Assembly (NCBI GenBank): GCA_963817955.1 | Contig: CAWFQK010000004.1 | Span: forward strand, 1,024,001 to 1,088,000 | Direction of reading: 5' to 3' | DNA from: an uncultured Gemmatimonadaceae bacterium | GTDB taxonomy: Bacteria; Gemmatimonadota; Gemmatimonadetes; Gemmatimonadales; Gemmatimonadaceae | DNA: 64,000 bases | Part shown: positions 20,031 through 31,034 of the stretch, piece by piece | Numbering within the stretch: position 1 is the first letter of the stretch | How the letters are laid out: every line of letters begins with the position of its first letter | Position numbers and translations under genes: made by a program | The notes under the pieces: generated by a model | The model's database searches: none | What the model saw: the letters and a program-made list of their open reading frames with translations, nothing else | What the model was told of the DNA's origin: nothing

Positions 20031-21709
20031 CGCGCCGTCATTATCGAATCACGCTTCGCCTTGAACTCTGTGCCCGGCTTCCACTGCGGCAGCGCATCAG
20101 CCTGCGCCACGAGGAAGCCCACCTTGAACAGCACGCGCGTGTCGTCCACCGCGCCGGAGAAATCCCAGTCGGGCTTGATCTCATCGGACGGCTGGTGATA
20201 GTCCTTCGCGGTATATTCATCGCGTTTCTTCATGCCCCAGTCCTTCGGCTTGCCGATGTAGTCGACGCCTGCGTCGATGTCGAGGGCAGGCACGCCCTGC
20301 TTGGCGAACTCGAAGTGGTCGGAGCGGTAATAGAAACCCTTTTCCGGTTCGGCGTCGGGCCGCACGGTGCGATTGTCCGTCTTGAGCACGTCGGTGAGCA
20401 CATCATCGAGCGTCGAGTTCCCGAGGCCGATCACGGTATAGTCACTCGTCCGTCCCCACTGGTTGACGCCATCCATGTTGATGTCGGCGGCTGTCTTGGC
20501 CAGCGGATAGAGTGGATGCGTCGCGTAGTATTTTGCGCCGACGAGCCCCTTCTCTTCCGCTGTGACGGTGAGAAAGAGAATCGAGCGCCGCGGTGGTGTC
20601 GCCAGCTTGGTGTACGCCTTGGCAATGTCGAGGAGCGCCGAGACGCCAGACGCATTATCGAGTGCGCCGTTGTAGATCGAGTCGCCGTTCACCTTGGGCC
20701 CAATGCCGAGGTGATCCCAGTGCGCGGTGTACACGACGTATTCGTCCTTCTTGTCCGTGCCTTCGAGCTTGGCAACTACGTTATGCGATTGGACTTTTCG
20801 TGAATCAATCTTCACGTCAAAGCTCGCTTTCGCCGGAACGACAACCGGCTTGAAGTCCTTGCGCGCCGCCGCAGCCTTGAGGGAATCGAAATTGAGACCC
20901 GCGGCGGTGAGCAGCTCCTTCGTCTTGTCGAGCGTGAGCCAGCCTTCGACAGGCACTCGCTGCTCGGCGTCGGGCGAGATCACGTCGAACTGCTCCTGGG
21001 AATTGCTGCCGCTCACGACGGAATACGGATATCCAGCCGGTCCGGTCTCATGCACGATGATCGCCGCTGCCGCGCCCTTCTGCGTGGCGATCTCGTACTT
21101 GTAGGTCCAGCGACCGTAATACGTCATCGCCTTGCCCTTGAACATCGCCGTGTCAAGCGCCGTGTCGCCGGCCACGCGGACCGGAGGATCGTTGACGAGC
21201 ATGAGAATCGTCTTACCCTTCACATCCACGCCCTTGTAGTCATCCCAGCCATACTCCGGCGCCACGACACCGTAGCCGACGAAGACGACATCGGAGTTGT
21301 CGATCTTGGTTTCCGGCCGCTGGTGACGCGAGTTGGCGATGAAGTCGTCGGGGTACTTGAGCGCAATCGTCTTACCGCGCGCCGAGAAGGATGCCGTGGG
21401 ATGCGCCTTGTATCCGACGAGATCGGCGTTTTGCAGGTACGTGCCATCGGGATTGCCCGGCTTGAGGCCGAGCGCCTTGAACTGCGCCTGCAGATAAGCG
21501 ACGGTCTTCGCTTCGCCGGGGGTGCCGGGTGCGCGACCTTCCATGGAGTCGGCGGAAAGATCCTTGATGTGCTGCAGCATATCGTCGGCGCTGATCGCCT
21601 GAGCCGCGCTGTCAGGCGCCGCGCTACTCGCCGACGACGTACCCTTGGTGGCACACCCGGCGGAGAGAACCGCTGCCGCGGCGGCGATGAGTGAACTATG
21701 AATTCGCAT
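20027..21709 (-). CDS. M28 family peptidase lipoprotein with PA domain
   Basis: Lipobox LSAGC and motifs [25 protein letters not shown]. Confidence 0.92.
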   Translation of the reverse strand: MRIHSSLIAAAAAVLSAGCATKGTSSASSAAPDSAAQAISADDMLQHIKDLSADSMEGRAPGTPGEAKTVAYLQAQFKALGLKPGNPDGTYLQNADLVGYKAHPTASFSARGKTIALKYPDDFIANSRHQRPETKIDNSDVVFVGYGVVAPEYGWDDYKGVDVKGKTILMLVNDPPVRVAGDTALDTAMFKGKAMTYYGRWTYKYEIATQKGAAAAIIVHETGPAGYPYSVVSGSNSQEQFDVISPDAEQRVPVEGWLTLDKTKELLTAAGLNFDSLKAAAARKDFKPVVVPAKASFDVKIDSRKVQSHNVVAKLEGTDKKDEYVVYTAHWDHLGIGPKVNGDSIYNGALDNASGVSALLDIAKAYTKLATPPRRSILFLTVTAEEKGLVGAKYYATHPLYPLAKTAADINMDGVNQWGRTSDYTVIGLGNSTLDDVLTDVLKTDNRTVRPDAEPEKGFYYRSDHFEFAKQGVPALDIDAGVDYIGKPKDWGMKKRDEYTAKDYHQPSDEIKPDWDFSGAVDDTRVLFKVGFLVAQADALPQWKPGTEFKAKRDSIMTAR

Positions 21710-21736
21710 GGAGCCTCGTGGAAGGGAGGAAGTGAC

Positions 21737-22483
21737 TCATGGCTCGCGAACCTGCTGCCATGATCCGTACATGGGGTTGGGCAGAACGAAGAACCGGCGG
21801 CCAAAGTCGTCGAGGGCGCGCGGATTGTTTCGCGCCGCCTGCGTCAGCCCCGGGAAATCGAGGATGTTGTCACCGAACCAGGCGACCACGGTGAGGGCGG
21901 GAACGCCTGGGACGGCGGTGCCGCTCTGGATGCGCTGAAAACGGGGATTCTTGTCACTTTCGCCCGGCGGCTGGCAGAGCACGACGTCGGCTTCGATCCC
22001 CGCGGTTCGCAAGTTGGCCTTCGTCGCGTCGCACAGATTCAACGCGCGATTGGTGACAATCGCGACGCGCCCGCCGAGCGCGTGCACCCGTTTCGTCAGA
22101 TCAGGCGCACCAGGAATGGGCGGTGCCGCGCGTTCGTTCACCCACATCATCCAGCTCGAATCGGTGTAGCCGCTGTCGGCCACGAAGCGGCGGCGCTCGT
22201 ACTCGGAGTTGTCGAGCACCGTCTCGTCGGCATCGAGGATCACGGCCCACGACTGCGGCGCGAGCCCGCGCGCCAACTCCGGCATGCGATCGCTCGCGAC
22301 CTGGTACGCCTGACGGGCGAGCGCACGATACTCGGCGGAGTTGCGGAACCAGCGAAGCTCATTGGGGAGCGGGCGGGCGGCGGCAGGCCCGCGTGTGGTC
22401 GCCGTTGCCGGCGCGGTAGCGACGATCGGAGCGCGTGAGCAGGCGGCGGTCAGCAGGACAATCGAGAGCGTGCGAAAGCGCAT
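21737..22483 (-). CDS. HAD class C acid phosphatase / 5'-nucleotidase, e(P4)-type lipoprotein
   Basis: Lipobox TAAC and motifs DADETVLDN, TNR, GDNILDF, PNPMYGSW. Confidence 0.9.
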   Translation of the reverse strand: MRFRTLSIVLLTAACSRAPIVATAPATATTRGPAAARPLPNELRWFRNSAEYRALARQAYQVASDRMPELARGLAPQSWAVILDADETVLDNSEYERRRFVADSGYTDSSWMMWVNERAAPPIPGAPDLTKRVHALGGRVAIVTNRALNLCDATKANLRTAGIEADVVLCQPPGESDKNPRFQRIQSGTAVPGVPALTVVAWFGDNILDFPGLTQAARNNPRALDDFGRRFFVLPNPMYGSWQQVREP

Positions 22484-22539
22484 GTCAGCGTGGTGTCGGG
22501 GTGATTCAAGTTACCTCGGTGGGGCTCGCGATAACGCTT

Positions 22540-23079
22540 TCAGCCCGGCCGTCGCGCAAGTGCCGCCGTCCAATACTTGCCAAGCTGCCCCCTCCCCGAG
22601 AACCGCGCCGCGTTCCCGTGGTCATGCCACATCGCGTCACTCACGACTTCGCCGATGAACGCGTCCAGCCCCCTCACTGGGCCGAAATGATCGAACACGT
22701 ACCCAAAGTCCTGCCGATACCAGGCGAGCATGCGCCGCAGTTCGTCGTCCGTGCGACCGGCGACGATCGCCCGTTCGAGTTCCGACATCGCTTGGCGCAC
22801 CGCGCTCTCCGGCAACTCGGCCATGCCGCTCAGCGTCGGCAGCGCCTTGAACGCGTACCAGGCAAGGAATACCACGCGCTTCAAAGCCTCGAGGGCGGTG
22901 GCCGCGTCGCCGCTCGGCTTCGAGATGAGCTCCAGATACGTATCGAAGATGGCCGGATACTCGGCATACATGCCGGACCGTGTGATCTGACCGTCCTGGT
23001 CGGCCACCGACCCAGTGGCGCCTCCGATGCTCGCCAACACCGCCGCTTCCCAATTCGCGAGCGCTGCCAGACTCAGCAC
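22540..23079 (-). CDS. Hypothetical protein
   Basis: 179-aa ORF with protein-like composition, co-oriented with its neighbours. Start uncertain. Confidence 0.55.
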   Translation of the reverse strand: MLSLAALANWEAAVLASIGGATGSVADQDGQITRSGMYAEYPAIFDTYLELISKPSGDAATALEALKRVVFLAWYAFKALPTLSGMAELPESAVRQAMSELERAIVAGRTDDELRRMLAWYRQDFGYVFDHFGPVRGLDAFIGEVVSDAMWHDHGNAARFSGRGQLGKYWTAALARRPG

Positions 23080-23170
23080 GACGTACGCACCTTGGACTGG
23101 ACAGCGCTCAAACTAGCCACGTGCGCGCACGGACGGCGATGGCGGCAGCTTTCCCGATGGCCACAGCGCC

Positions 23171-25312
23171 CTACTTCGCGTCCCCCGGGTGGTACGTCCG
23201 CTCCGTGTGCCCCTTGAGCTGCGACCGATAGAAGTACACCGACCGGAAGTTCCCTGATGCGTAGCGCTCCGCCTCATCGTTGAAGTGTGGCGACGTGGGG
23301 TCTCCGCTCTCGCCGCCCGCCGTCACGGCGCGTGCGCGAATGCTGTCGCCGAACTCGACGACCGCCACGAAGCTGTTGCCACTCGTGCCATACCACTTCT
23401 TGGTACCCGGATAGGCGCGCGCACCGAACGACGCGAGCGAGCCCCATCGCGATGACACAAACGGCACGGGGATGCTCGGCCCTGCATCGTTGAATGGCTG
23501 CACGATGTCGCCCGTGAGGCGCTGGAAGCGATTGATGTCCCCCCATGGCGTCTTCCACGTCCCGAAGTCCGCCGTGAGCTTGTCGGACGCTGCGGCCAGA
23601 GCCTGGAGCTGTTGTTCCGCCGTCGCATTCGCGGCGCGCCGGCCGAGCTCCTCCCCGTAGAACACGGCGAGCGACGTCGGCACCGATGCGGCGCCCCAGC
23701 GAAAGTCCCATGCACGGAGCTGCGCGATCTGATCGGCGAGCTTCGTCTTGAGCGGACTGTCGGCCGGCGCGCGATCGTACGCGGCCACGAGCGACGGAAT
23801 CATTTCCGCGAACGCCGGGAGATAGCTATCGAAGGCCGCGGCCAACAGGCGGTCGACGGTAAAGTCCCTCTTGTTCTCTAATACGCGGATCGCGTGGATG
23901 CCGCGCGGCGATTCGCCGCCGTTCTCGACATAGGCTGGGTAGTCCGCCTTCTTCGGGCTGTACGCGCCGGCAGCCGTCCATGGCCAGTTGTTTACGTTGT
24001 ACAGCCAGCCGTTCGGGGGGTTGAAGAGCTTTGGCGTTTCATCCACCGAGAGCAGGCCGTGCCAGTCGGTTGCTGGATCGCTGCCGTCCACCGGCTTCGT
24101 CCAATCGAATTTCGTGTCGCGGCGCGGGATGAAGTTGCCGTGGAAATAGGCGATGTTCCCGGCGACGTCGGCGTAGATCGTGTTGTTCGACGAATTCGTG
24201 TGCAGATCCATGGTCTTCCGGAACTGCGTGTAATTCCGCGCCTTGGTGCGCGTGTACGACTGCGTCAGTGCCTTGAGCGGCTCCTGCATCAGGCGGATGG
24301 CCACCCACTTCCCGTTCGTCGCCCGGACGATCGGGCCGTGCTGCGTGCGGTAGACCGTGAAGTCCTTCGTCGCCATGCCGCCGTTCGTCTTGTATGGCAC
24401 GGAGATGTGCGTCGCGATCACCGGCAGCTCTTCCTTGCCGTACTTATAGGTATACGCGTCGCCCTTCTTCGTGATCGTCTCGAGGTACTCATCCACTGCG
24501 TCCACTCCGCTCGACGTGTGCATCCAGCCGATGCGGTCGTTGAATCCCTGGTAGACGAAGAACTGCCCCCACGTCACGGCGCCGTATGCGTTCAACCCTT
24601 CGTTGCTCGCCACCTGCACTTCGGCACGGAAGAAGAACGACGTGTGTGGATTGATCAGGAGCAGCGCGTGATGGTTGACCGTGTTCGACGGCGCGATGGC
24701 AATGCCGTTCGACCCGGTCGGTTCCTCATACACGCCGCGCTCGGGCGATGGCGTCGGCGCTTCCGTATGGTTGCCGTAGAACGCCTCGAGCTGGCGGAGA
24801 TTTACCTTCTCGATGTCGCCCCCAATGCTACCCTCGCTGAAGGTGAGCGCCATCCACGGTTCGAAATGCGCGATCACGCGGGGCTTCACCTGCGGATGCT
24901 TGTACAGATAGTAGTTCAGGCCGTCGGCATAGGCATTCATCAGCTTCTTCAGCCAGACCGGGCTCTTGGCGTACTGCACCTTCATGGAGTCTGGATTGAT
25001 GAACAGCTTCATGCGGAGATCGCGGTACACCTCACTTTCCCCCTCGGCCTCAGCGAGACGCCCGATCGAGTTGAGGTAGTTCGTTTCCACGCGATTGAAG
25101 TCGTCTTCGGCTTGGGCATATAACAGCCCGAAGACGGCATCGGCGTCCGTCTTTCCGGAGATGTGCGGAAGCCCCCAGTCGTCGCGAACGATCGTGACGT
25201 CGTGCGCCTGGCGTTCCCATCGGGCAATGTCGGCGCGGGATCCCTGCGCGGAAGCAGGTGCTGGGGCGACGGCCGCAAAGGCGATCGCAAAGGCGAGGAC
25301 GAACTTATGCAT
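23171..25312 (-). CDS. Penicillin acylase family (S45 Ntn-hydrolase)
   Basis: Signal peptide, RDDWGLPHI, YAQAED, beta-chain start G-SNGIAI and NPH. Confidence 0.92.
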   Translation of the reverse strand: MHKFVLAFAIAFAAVAPAPASAQGSRADIARWERQAHDVTIVRDDWGLPHISGKTDADAVFGLLYAQAEDDFNRVETNYLNSIGRLAEAEGESEVYRDLRMKLFINPDSMKVQYAKSPVWLKKLMNAYADGLNYYLYKHPQVKPRVIAHFEPWMALTFSEGSIGGDIEKVNLRQLEAFYGNHTEAPTPSPERGVYEEPTGSNGIAIAPSNTVNHHALLLINPHTSFFFRAEVQVASNEGLNAYGAVTWGQFFVYQGFNDRIGWMHTSSGVDAVDEYLETITKKGDAYTYKYGKEELPVIATHISVPYKTNGGMATKDFTVYRTQHGPIVRATNGKWVAIRLMQEPLKALTQSYTRTKARNYTQFRKTMDLHTNSSNNTIYADVAGNIAYFHGNFIPRRDTKFDWTKPVDGSDPATDWHGLLSVDETPKLFNPPNGWLYNVNNWPWTAAGAYSPKKADYPAYVENGGESPRGIHAIRVLENKRDFTVDRLLAAAFDSYLPAFAEMIPSLVAAYDRAPADSPLKTKLADQIAQLRAWDFRWGAASVPTSLAVFYGEELGRRAANATAEQQLQALAAASDKLTADFGTWKTPWGDINRFQRLTGDIVQPFNDAGPSIPVPFVSSRWGSLASFGARAYPGTKKWYGTSGNSFVAVVEFGDSIRARAVTAGGESGDPTSPHFNDEAERYASGNFRSVYFYRSQLKGHTERTYHPGDAK

Positions 25313-25397
25313 GGGTACGTTGGCGAAAGGGATACTCAAATCTGGCGCCGGGACGCTCCGTATCAACACCCGGCCTCCCCACACGATGATTTCCAGG

Positions 25398-25760
25398 TCA
25401 GTACGATCCAAACCCGATGCGTGCCGACGCCACCGATTCGGCCGGCGTGATCACGACCTGCGCGATGCTCTCGAACGACACCATGGCGTACTGCGTCTCG
25501 TCGGGCTCGCTCTTGGTAGCTGCCTCGCCGGCCCAATGCGATTTGCTGCCGGCGCCTTCGACGCGGCGCCTGTAGACCTCCAGCTCCACGTAGCCGTCGG
25601 TCACGTTTCGGATGGCGCGCAGGCGGTGCGCCTGGCCGTTCAGCAAATGAAGCTCGACCGTCGCCGCGGCGCCGGCGGCAGACGCCTGGGCCGGGAGCGC
25701 GGTACGGAAAAATGTCACGTCGAACACGCAGTATGCCTCGGAGAGGTTGAGGTTGGGCAA
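25398..25760 (-). CDS. Hypothetical protein
   Basis: 120-aa ORF ending RIGFGSY. Start uncertain. Confidence 0.55.
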   Translation of the reverse strand: MPNLNLSEAYCVFDVTFFRTALPAQASAAGAAATVELHLLNGQAHRLRAIRNVTDGYVELEVYRRRVEGAGSKSHWAGEAATKSEPDETQYAMVSFESIAQVVITPAESVASARIGFGSY

Positions 25761-25918
25761 CCGTCGGTGACGGGCCCCACCTAAATAGGCCCAAACAACA
25801 GAACTTCCGCAACAATGGAGCCTGACCGCGTTGTCATCCTCCTGTCAGGTTCTGCCGCGTATACTTTTCCCCCGTTGTCTATTCTGCCGCCCCTCCGCTC
25901 CCCTACTTCGAGGTTGGT

Positions 25919-26977
25919 ATGAGTCGCACGTCGCTCGGCATGTCCTTGGTTCTCGCGGGTGCGCTCGTGCTCCCCGGCGCGCTTGCCGCACAGAATTTCA
26001 AGGTGGAAAAGTTCAATATCGGTGGCGAGGGAGGCACGGACTACCTGACGTCCGACCCCGCCACCGGCCGCGTCTACGTCTCGCGCGGAACGCACGTCAT
26101 GATCGTCGACGGCGCCACGGGCAAGGTGATCGGAGACATTCCCGACACACCCCGCGTGCACGGGATTGCCTTCGCACCAAAGGCGGGGTACGGCTTCACG
26201 ACGAACGCCGGTGACTCCACGTCGACCATGTTCAACTCGAAGACCATGGCGGTCATCAAGAAGATCCATGCCGGCATCGACGGACTCGATGGCATCATGT
26301 ACGATGACGCCACCGACAAGATTCTGACGATCAATCACAGCCATCCCACGGGCACGGCGGTGGTGATCGACGCGAAGACCGGCGACGTGATCACCACGAT
26401 CACGCTGAGCGGCGGAGCACCAGAAGGCGGCGTGAGCGACGGCAAGGGCCGCATCTTCATCAACCTGGAAGACAAGAACGCGATCGACGTCATCGACACG
26501 AAGACGTGGAAGCGGGTTGCGACGTGGCCCATCGCGCCCTGCGACGGACCGACGGGCATCGCGATGGATCGCACGACGAAGCGCATCTTCTCGGGATGCA
26601 GCAAGACCTCGGTGGTCGTCGACGCGACGTCCGGCAAAGTGGTGGCACAGATCGCCAACGGCGATGGCGTCGACGCGCTCGGTTGGGATCAGGCACAGAA
26701 GCTCATGTACATCCCGGCCGGTGGCGCCGGAAACGTTACAGTGGTGCATGAGGACAGCCCGGACAAGTACACCGTCGTGGAAACGGTACCGACGTTCACC
26801 AGAGCGAAGACGGTTGCCGTTGACGATGTACGGCATGTCGCGTACGTGTTCACACCGGAGTACGGTCCTGCGCCGGCGCCGGCGCCAGGCGTGACGCCGC
26901 CGCCGGCTGGGCGCGGTGGCCGTGGTGGCCCGCCCCGCCCGATCGTGGCGGCGTGGTTCATCCGCATCAGTCGTTAA
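25919..26977 (+). CDS. Secreted YncE-like beta-propeller protein
   Basis: Signal peptide, GGEGGTDY, HGIAF and repeated V.D..T.K blades. Confidence 0.85.
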   Translation: MSRTSLGMSLVLAGALVLPGALAAQNFKVEKFNIGGEGGTDYLTSDPATGRVYVSRGTHVMIVDGATGKVIGDIPDTPRVHGIAFAPKAGYGFTTNAGDSTSTMFNSKTMAVIKKIHAGIDGLDGIMYDDATDKILTINHSHPTGTAVVIDAKTGDVITTITLSGGAPEGGVSDGKGRIFINLEDKNAIDVIDTKTWKRVATWPIAPCDGPTGIAMDRTTKRIFSGCSKTSVVVDATSGKVVAQIANGDGVDALGWDQAQKLMYIPAGGAGNVTVVHEDSPDKYTVVETVPTFTRAKTVAVDDVRHVAYVFTPEYGPAPAPAPGVTPPPAGRGGRGGPPRPIVAAWFIRISR

Positions 26978-27003
26978 GCGCCGGACGCTGGACGCGAGTT
27001 GGC

Positions 27004-27048
27004 AAAATAGAGTGGGCCCAGGCATTCGCCTGGGCCCACTCTATTTTT
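27004..27048. terminator. Bidirectional Rho-independent terminator
   Basis: AAAATAGAGTGGGCCCAGGC-ATTC-GCCTGGGCCCACTCTATTTT, a perfect 20-bp stem between convergent genes. Confidence 0.9.
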
Positions 27049-27073
27049 GACATCCAGCATCCAACGTCTCGTA

Positions 27074-30000
27074 CTACCGTTTCGCCGCCTTGACCACGTT
27101 CCACTGCGCCATCACCGTCTTCGCATTCGCGCGTGCTTTCGCCGCGGCGTCTACCTGTGCCGCCGTTGGCGTCATGTCCGCGCCTTGCATGGACATTGCG
27201 GCGGCAAGCATGGCGTTGCTCACACTCTCGAGCGTCGGCGCCGGGGCGGCTGCCCCCCCACGTCCACCACCGGCACCGCCAGCGGCGGCGAAACCACCGC
27301 GACCGCGACGTCCGCCGGCTACAGCCGGCGGCGCCAGCGCTTCGACCTTCGCCTTGAGCGCGGCGGCCTCACTACTGGTGCTCTTGTCGAGCTCCGCCAC
27401 GAGTGCGCGCGCCTCGGTGTAGGCGACGTTCGCCGCGACCGCGCCGGCATACATCTCTTTGGTGAGTGCGGTAAGCTGCGCGAGACCGACGGCCGGTGTC
27501 TTGACGCGCGGGTCGAGCCGCAGCGTCAATGGCTGGCTATAGCTCTTGCCATCCACGGTGAGACGCACGGTATAGGCGCCCGGCGGCGCCCACGGCGAGT
27601 TCGGGAGAGTGTACGTGCGATGCGGCACCGCGCCCGTCGCGCCACCGCCGCCGCCGGCATTCGGATCTTCGGGAACGAGGGGATCGTAGTGCAGATCCCA
27701 ACTGAAGCGATGGAAGCCCTGCATGTTCGACAACCGGATCGGTGCCGCCGGCCAGTACAGCGGCAAGCCACAGTCGGGTGCTGTCGGCCGTTGTTGGCAC
27801 AGCTTGTTGTACGCCGCGGAGTCGAGCGCCGGATTCGGGTTGAGCATCGGATCGTCGCTCGAATAGTGGCGAACGATCTTGCCCGCCATGTCGAGAATCT
27901 CGAGTTTCACCGGCGTCGATACGTTCGAAGCGAGGGTGTAGTCGATGATGCCTCCCGGCATCGGATTCTCACCCGCCGGAACTTCCGGCGGCCACGGCGT
28001 GGGATCGTTCGTGGCGAAGCGGACGCGCACCGCTGTCGCCGGCTTGTACAGATACGCGTTCCCTGCCCGCTGCGACGCGGTTGCTTCGGCGAACTGACGC
28101 AGCGGCGTCAGGTTGTCGAGAATCCAGAATCCACGGCCGTGCGTGCCAGCCACCAGATCGGAACACAGGCAGGTGGTGTCATCCTTCACCTGGATATCGC
28201 GCACCGAGATCGCCGGCATGTCAGCCTTGAGCGACTGCCAGTGATCGCCGTCGTCGAACGACGCCCATACCTGGAGGTCGGTGGCGGCGTAGAGCAGCCC
28301 CTTCTTGTGCGGGTCCTCGCGAATCGAGTTCGCCGCCGCACCTGGTGCGATGCCCGTATTGATCTCCGTCCACGTCTTGCCGCCGTCGTGCGTGCGCCAG
28401 AAGTGCGGATTGAGATCGTCGAGGCGAAGCGTGTTCGCCGCGGCGTACGCGGTGAGATTGTCGAAGTGCCCGGCCTCGATGTTGAAGATGCGAGTCCACG
28501 GCTTGATCTGCGGCGGCGTGACGTTCGCCCAGTGCGCGCCACCGTCCATCGTCACTTGAATGAGCCCGTCATCCGAGCCGGTCCAGAGGATGTTGAGGCT
28601 GCGTGGTGACGGCGAGATCGCGGTGATGCTCCCTGCCGGCGCCGGCGTCACGGTGCTCGCGTACTTGCCCGCGGTCGCCGGTACCTCCCATGTCTGCCTG
28701 GTAAGGTCGGGGCTGATGCGCGTCCAGCTATGCGCGCGATCCGTGGACTTCCACACCACGTTCGACGCATAGAACAGCGTATTCTTGTCCACCGGCGACC
28801 AGTCGATCGGCATTGTCCGCACATTCCGGCCATACAGAGTTCCGCGCTGCTCGGCCGACGGGCCGACGTTCGTCGTCTGGCCGGTCTTGCGGTCGTAGAG
28901 CGACACGTTGGTGCGCATGCTGCCGTAGACCATGTCCGGATTCTTCGGATCGGACGCGGCGACGCCGTACTCCTGAATGTTCACCGGATGCCAATCGTGG
29001 AACGTGATCTCTCCATCCGGCGAACGGCTGTCAACACAGGCGGAGCCGGAATCCTGCTGCCCACCGCAGACGCGATACGCGAAGGTGTTGTCCGTCGACA
29101 CGTGGTACATGGCGGCCGTGGGCTGGTTGTACCAGTTGCTCCACGACGCACCGCGATTCGCCGAGATCACAGCGCCCTGGTCGGCGACCACAAGCAGGAT
29201 CTTCGGATCGTTCGGGTTGACCCACGCCTTTTGATAATCATCTCCGCCAGGCGCGCCGCGAACGGCTGACCAGGTCAGACCGCCGTCCTCGGTGCGCCAG
29301 AATACCGTGGAGGCGCTGTAGATCACGTTCTCGTTCTTCGGATCGACTACGATGGTCGGCAGGTCGCCGCCGCCGATGCGACCCAGCGGACGCGGGTCGC
29401 TTGGCCGCTGCCCGGTCGGATCGTTCGTGACGAGGTGCCAATGTTCGCCGGCATCGGTGGACTTGTAGAAGCCAACGACACCGGTCGTGTTGGCGGCACC
29501 CGCACCGCCGCGGCCACCGCGTCCGCCACCGGCGCCCGCGGCAGCCTGAGTCGGCGTGCCGGCGACGGTCGCATAGACGACATGCGGGTTGCTCGGTGCG
29601 ATCGCGAGGTTCGCCTGAATCACGCCCGGCAGACCTTCGGTGATCGGCTTCCACGTCGTGCCGCCATCAATCGACTTGAAGATGCCGTTGCCGGCGCCGC
29701 CAAATCCCTGGCCTTCAATGAAGCTCTGCTGCTGCTGCCAGAGCGTCGCGTAGACGGTGTTTGGGTCGGAGGGATCGATGCGGACGTCGTTGCCGCTCGT
29801 ATACTCGTCTTTATAGAGGACCTTCTGGAACGTCTGGCCGCCGTCGGTTGAGCGGAAGATGCCGCGCTCGGCGTTCGGTCCGTAGGGATGGCCAAGCGCG
29901 GCGACGAACAGCCGGTTCGGATCCTTGGGATCGACGTCGATCATCGAGATCATCTGCGATTCGCGCAGCCCGAGATGCGTCCAGGTCTTGCCGCCGTCGG

Positions 30001-30361
30001 TCGATTTGTAGACGCCATCGCCAACTGAGAGATCGGGACGAATGATCCCGGCGCCAGTGCCAACATAGATGATGTCCGGATTCGATGGCGCAACGGCAAT
30101 GGCCCCAATCGAACCGGTCGGCTGGCTGTCGAATAGCGGAGCCCAGGTCGAACCGTAGTCGGTGGAGCGCCAGACTCCGCCATTGTCGAAGCCGATGTAG
30201 AAGACGTTTGGCTGGCTCGGGACGCCGGCCAGGGCGCGAGCGCGACCGGCACGCGTGGGACCGATCGTACGCCAGTGCAGCGCAAGCGAATTGTCCTGCG
30301 CGGAGAGAACCGACGCAGAGACGGCGAGGAGGAGCGCGGAGCGGGACAGGAAGGAGCGCAC
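27074..30361 (-). CDS. Secreted VPS10/BNR-repeat glycosyl hydrolase-like protein
   Basis: GTG start, signal peptide, many S.DGG.TW Asp-boxes, WRTIGP..GR and THGRGFW. Confidence 0.88.
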   Translation of the reverse strand: MRSFLSRSALLLAVSASVLSAQDNSLALHWRTIGPTRAGRARALAGVPSQPNVFYIGFDNGGVWRSTDYGSTWAPLFDSQPTGSIGAIAVAPSNPDIIYVGTGAGIIRPDLSVGDGVYKSTDGGKTWTHLGLRESQMISMIDVDPKDPNRLFVAALGHPYGPNAERGIFRSTDGGQTFQKVLYKDEYTSGNDVRIDPSDPNTVYATLWQQQQSFIEGQGFGGAGNGIFKSIDGGTTWKPITEGLPGVIQANLAIAPSNPHVVYATVAGTPTQAAAGAGGGRGGRGGAGAANTTGVVGFYKSTDAGEHWHLVTNDPTGQRPSDPRPLGRIGGGDLPTIVVDPKNENVIYSASTVFWRTEDGGLTWSAVRGAPGGDDYQKAWVNPNDPKILLVVADQGAVISANRGASWSNWYNQPTAAMYHVSTDNTFAYRVCGGQQDSGSACVDSRSPDGEITFHDWHPVNIQEYGVAASDPKNPDMVYGSMRTNVSLYDRKTGQTTNVGPSAEQRGTLYGRNVRTMPIDWSPVDKNTLFYASNVVWKSTDRAHSWTRISPDLTRQTWEVPATAGKYASTVTPAPAGSITAISPSPRSLNILWTGSDDGLIQVTMDGGAHWANVTPPQIKPWTRIFNIEAGHFDNLTAYAAANTLRLDDLNPHFWRTHDGGKTWTEINTGIAPGAAANSIREDPHKKGLLYAATDLQVWASFDDGDHWQSLKADMPAISVRDIQVKDDTTCLCSDLVAGTHGRGFWILDNLTPLRQFAEATASQRAGNAYLYKPATAVRVRFATNDPTPWPPEVPAGENPMPGGIIDYTLASNVSTPVKLEILDMAGKIVRHYSSDDPMLNPNPALDSAAYNKLCQQRPTAPDCGLPLYWPAAPIRLSNMQGFHRFSWDLHYDPLVPEDPNAGGGGGATGAVPHRTYTLPNSPWAPPGAYTVRLTVDGKSYSQPLTLRLDPRVKTPAVGLAQLTALTKEMYAGAVAANVAYTEARALVAELDKSTSSEAAALKAKVEALAPPAVAGGRRGRGGFAAAGGAGGGRGGAAAPAPTLESVSNAMLAAAMSMQGADMTPTAAQVDAAAKARANAKTVMAQWNVVKAAKR

Positions 30362-30461
30362 GGGCAGTTTGCCTGGGTGTTGGATACGAGAAAATGAGTC
30401 GGGAAAGGGGTAGGGTTCAAGAGGTTGGGGTACGCGACCTCGTGGGGGGCGGGCGGGGCGG

Positions 30462-30583
30462 GGCGGGATGGTTGTTGGTGGCCAGGCAGGATCAAGCGAT
30501 CGGGATGGCGGGTGACTGTGATCAGTCATCAGTGTGTGGGTGCTCAGTCATCAGTGACTGAGGACCCCGACAGGTCGGGGACC
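30462..30583. repeat. Left arm of 122-bp inverted repeat flanking the four-helix-bundle gene
   Basis: Reverse complement of 31002-31123 with 6 mismatches by manual alignment. Confidence 0.95.
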
Positions 30584-30653
30584 CGGCATGGGTGTGCGCC
30601 GAAGTGGGATGAAATGTTGATGCTCCCAAGTGTCTCGGGTTGCAGAATGGGGA

Positions 30654-31034
30654 ATGCAAGATTTTCAGCGGCTATTGGTCTGGCGAAAGGCCCACGCGTT
30701 GGCACTGAACGTCGATCGGGCGACACAGGGCTTTTCGCGTTCGGGCTATGCCGGCCTCAAATCCCAGTTGACGCGTGCGGCCGATGGAACCCCCGCGAAC
30801 ATCGTCGAGGGTTGTGGGGCGGCGACCCAACGGGAGTTCGGCCGGTTCCTCGACATCGCGATCAAATCGACTTCCGAGACGCAGTACCACCTCATCTCAG
30901 CCCACGATCGCGGCCTGATTTCCGACGATGACTGGCGCTCGCTGACGAATGAAGCAACCCAAATTCGCCGAATGCTCTATGCCCTGCGGAAAAAGGTGCT
31001 CGGTCCCCGACCTGTCGGGGTGCTCAGTCACTGA
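30654..31034 (+). CDS. Four helix bundle protein (23S rRNA IVS protein / Avd-like family)
   Basis: MQDFQRLLVWRKAH...GLKSQLTRAA....NIVEG.....EF.RFL.IA..S..E is the family pattern. Confidence 0.9.
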   Translation: MQDFQRLLVWRKAHALALNVDRATQGFSRSGYAGLKSQLTRAADGTPANIVEGCGAATQREFGRFLDIAIKSTSETQYHLISAHDRGLISDDDWRSLTNEATQIRRMLYALRKKVLGPRPVGVLSH

